64,000 nucleotides of DNA from Candidatus Magasanikiibacteriota bacterium (lineage in GTDB: Bacteria > Patescibacteriota > Patescibacteriia > Magasanikbacterales > GWA2-37-8). The translations under genes and the position numbers were made by a program. Numbering within the stretch: position 1 is the first letter of the stretch; the number at the start of each line of letters is the position of its first letter. The stretch covers positions 3,631-67,630 of the forward strand of contig JAUSEN010000005.1 of NCBI GenBank assembly GCA_030650025.1, given 5' to 3'. Shown piece by piece: positions 62,940 to 64,000 of the stretch. A model generated the notes under the pieces. The model searched no databases. It was given only the letters and a program-made list of their open reading frames with translations, and was not told the origin of the DNA.

Positions 62940-63699
62940 AGTGCTTGAGGTACGCCACGATGATGAAACTGATGATGACCAGGAGCGCCCAGGAGGTAAT
63001 TTTGCGCGTGGAGACGCTGGTCCAAGTGATAAGTTGGTCGGGATATTTCCAGGCGCCAAAGTAGGTGGAGATATTTTCGGCAATCCAGATGAAGAAGCCA
63101 ATCAGAACAAAAGAAATAATTAGAGGCATGGCGTAGCGGCGGATAGTGATGGTAAATTGCACGATAGTTTTGGCAAAAACAACGGCCACTAGGCCAAAGA
63201 GCACCCAGCGAAAATCCGGTAAAAAATGATTGGTAAAGAAATTGAGATATATAAGAATAGACAAAACAATGCTGGGGGTATAATTTTTATACCCGGTGAG
63301 CTCGAGTTTAAAAATGTTCCAGGCCTGGCTGATGTAACTCCCGACTGCGGCATACATAAAGCCGCTGTAAAGTGGCACATTAGCGATTTTGAAATAACCA
63401 ACCTCCGGGTAGCTCCACGAACCAATCGCGGGGTTGGTTTTGTAGATTTCGAGAATCAGGCCGATGACGTGAAATAAGCAGATCATCTTTACTTCGTCTT
63501 TGGTTTCGATTTTGGTCAAGTATAAAATTATTTGAATCGCCACCGCCGCTAAAAAAAGAAAATCATATCGCGCTAGGCCCGGAATGTGGATGTGGTGGGA
63601 AAGAAAGAGGAGCAGAAAAAACGAACCGGCAAAAATACAGGCGCGCGCCTGTTTGAGGCCAAAAACAAAAAATTCTCGCAGATAAAAACTCATAACCAT
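62899..63699 (-). CDS. Hypothetical polytopic membrane protein
   Basis: 266 aa with ~8 hydrophobic segments. Overlaps the 3' end of the GNAT gene convergently by 41 nt. Confidence 0.45.
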   Translation of the reverse strand: MVMSFYLREFFVFGLKQARACIFAGSFFLLLFLSHHIHIPGLARYDFLFLAAVAIQIILYLTKIETKDEVKMICLFHVIGLILEIYKTNPAIGSWSYPEVGYFKIANVPLYSGFMYAAVGSYISQAWNIFKLELTGYKNYTPSIVLSILIYLNFFTNHFLPDFRWVLFGLVAVVFAKTIVQFTITIRRYAMPLIISFVLIGFFIWIAENISTYFGAWKYPDQLITWTSVSTRKITSWALLVIISFIIVAYLKHFKKQKRPLGGTYD

Positions 63700-63799
63700 G
63701 GCACTATATAGTAATTATCAGAAAAGGTCAAAATGAGTTTGGGCGGATGGCCGGCTGTCTTGATTTTGGTCTCGGGGCGTGATATGGTATGGACGTTTT

Positions 63800-63889
63800 G
63801 GAGAGGTGACAGAGCGGTTTAATGTACCGGTCTTGAAAACCGGAGACCACGCAAGTGGTCCGTGAGTTCGAATCTCACCCTCTCCGCCA
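63800..63889 (+). tRNA. tRNA-Ser (anticodon UGA) with encoded CCA
   Basis: GGAGAGGTGACAGAGCGGTTTAATGTACCGGTCTTGAAAACCGGAGACCACGCAAGTGGTCCGTGAGTTCGAATCTCACCCTCTCCGCCA. Confidence 0.8.
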
Positions 63890-64000
63890 ATTTTCACTTT
63901 TTGTGAAATCGTAAGAAACAGCCTCGGCGCAAAGCGCCTCGGCATGGTATTTTTCCGCAATTTTAAAGGCATTTTTGAAATCCAAAACCAAAGTGCGGTC

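Noticed and set aside
63718-63972. 84-aa minus-strand ORF
   Set aside because: It overlaps the tRNA-Ser(UGA) gene. There is no start context.

Overview
This 64-kb window comes from a low-GC bacterial chromosome (about 45% GC by eye) with weak Shine-Dalgarno usage. The gene content suggests a Patescibacteria/CPR-type genome, though that is inference: a giant repetitive surface protein, several TrmB-like regulators, O-antigen-ligase/TPR membrane proteins and many small hypothetical genes. The window contains the replication-origin neighbourhood: rpmH-rnpA-yidD on the minus strand facing dnaA-dnaN on the plus strand, with DnaA-box clusters on both sides of dnaA. Housekeeping genes include polA, nrdA/nrdB, hppA, tig, nfo, holA, rpsT, uppS, ahcY and an NDH-2-type dehydrogenase. 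A long co-directional minus-strand surface-protein locus spans 1-11.5 kb. It holds a 2143-aa Thr/Ser/Gly-rich repeat protein, an O-antigen-ligase-like/TPR membrane protein, two small secreted proteins and an Fn3/Cys-Asp-repeat protein. Four TrmB-family regulator paralogs each sit divergently to a gene of visibly higher GC content. There is an ECF sigma with a DUF4349-like anti-sigma factor, and a wHTH-GHKL ATPase paired with a small STAS-like protein. Three toxin/abortive-infection modules are present: AbiEi/AbiEii, VapBC and a RelBE-like pair. Seven tRNA genes are present. Four of these loci carry partial tRNA duplications that abut GC-rich single or double hairpin repeats, and two of those loci also carry paralogous small GIY-YIG nuclease genes directly adjacent to the tRNA. 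Two mutually reverse-complementary GC-rich palindromic elements lie in-frame inside polA. No CRISPR array, transposase or integrase was found.
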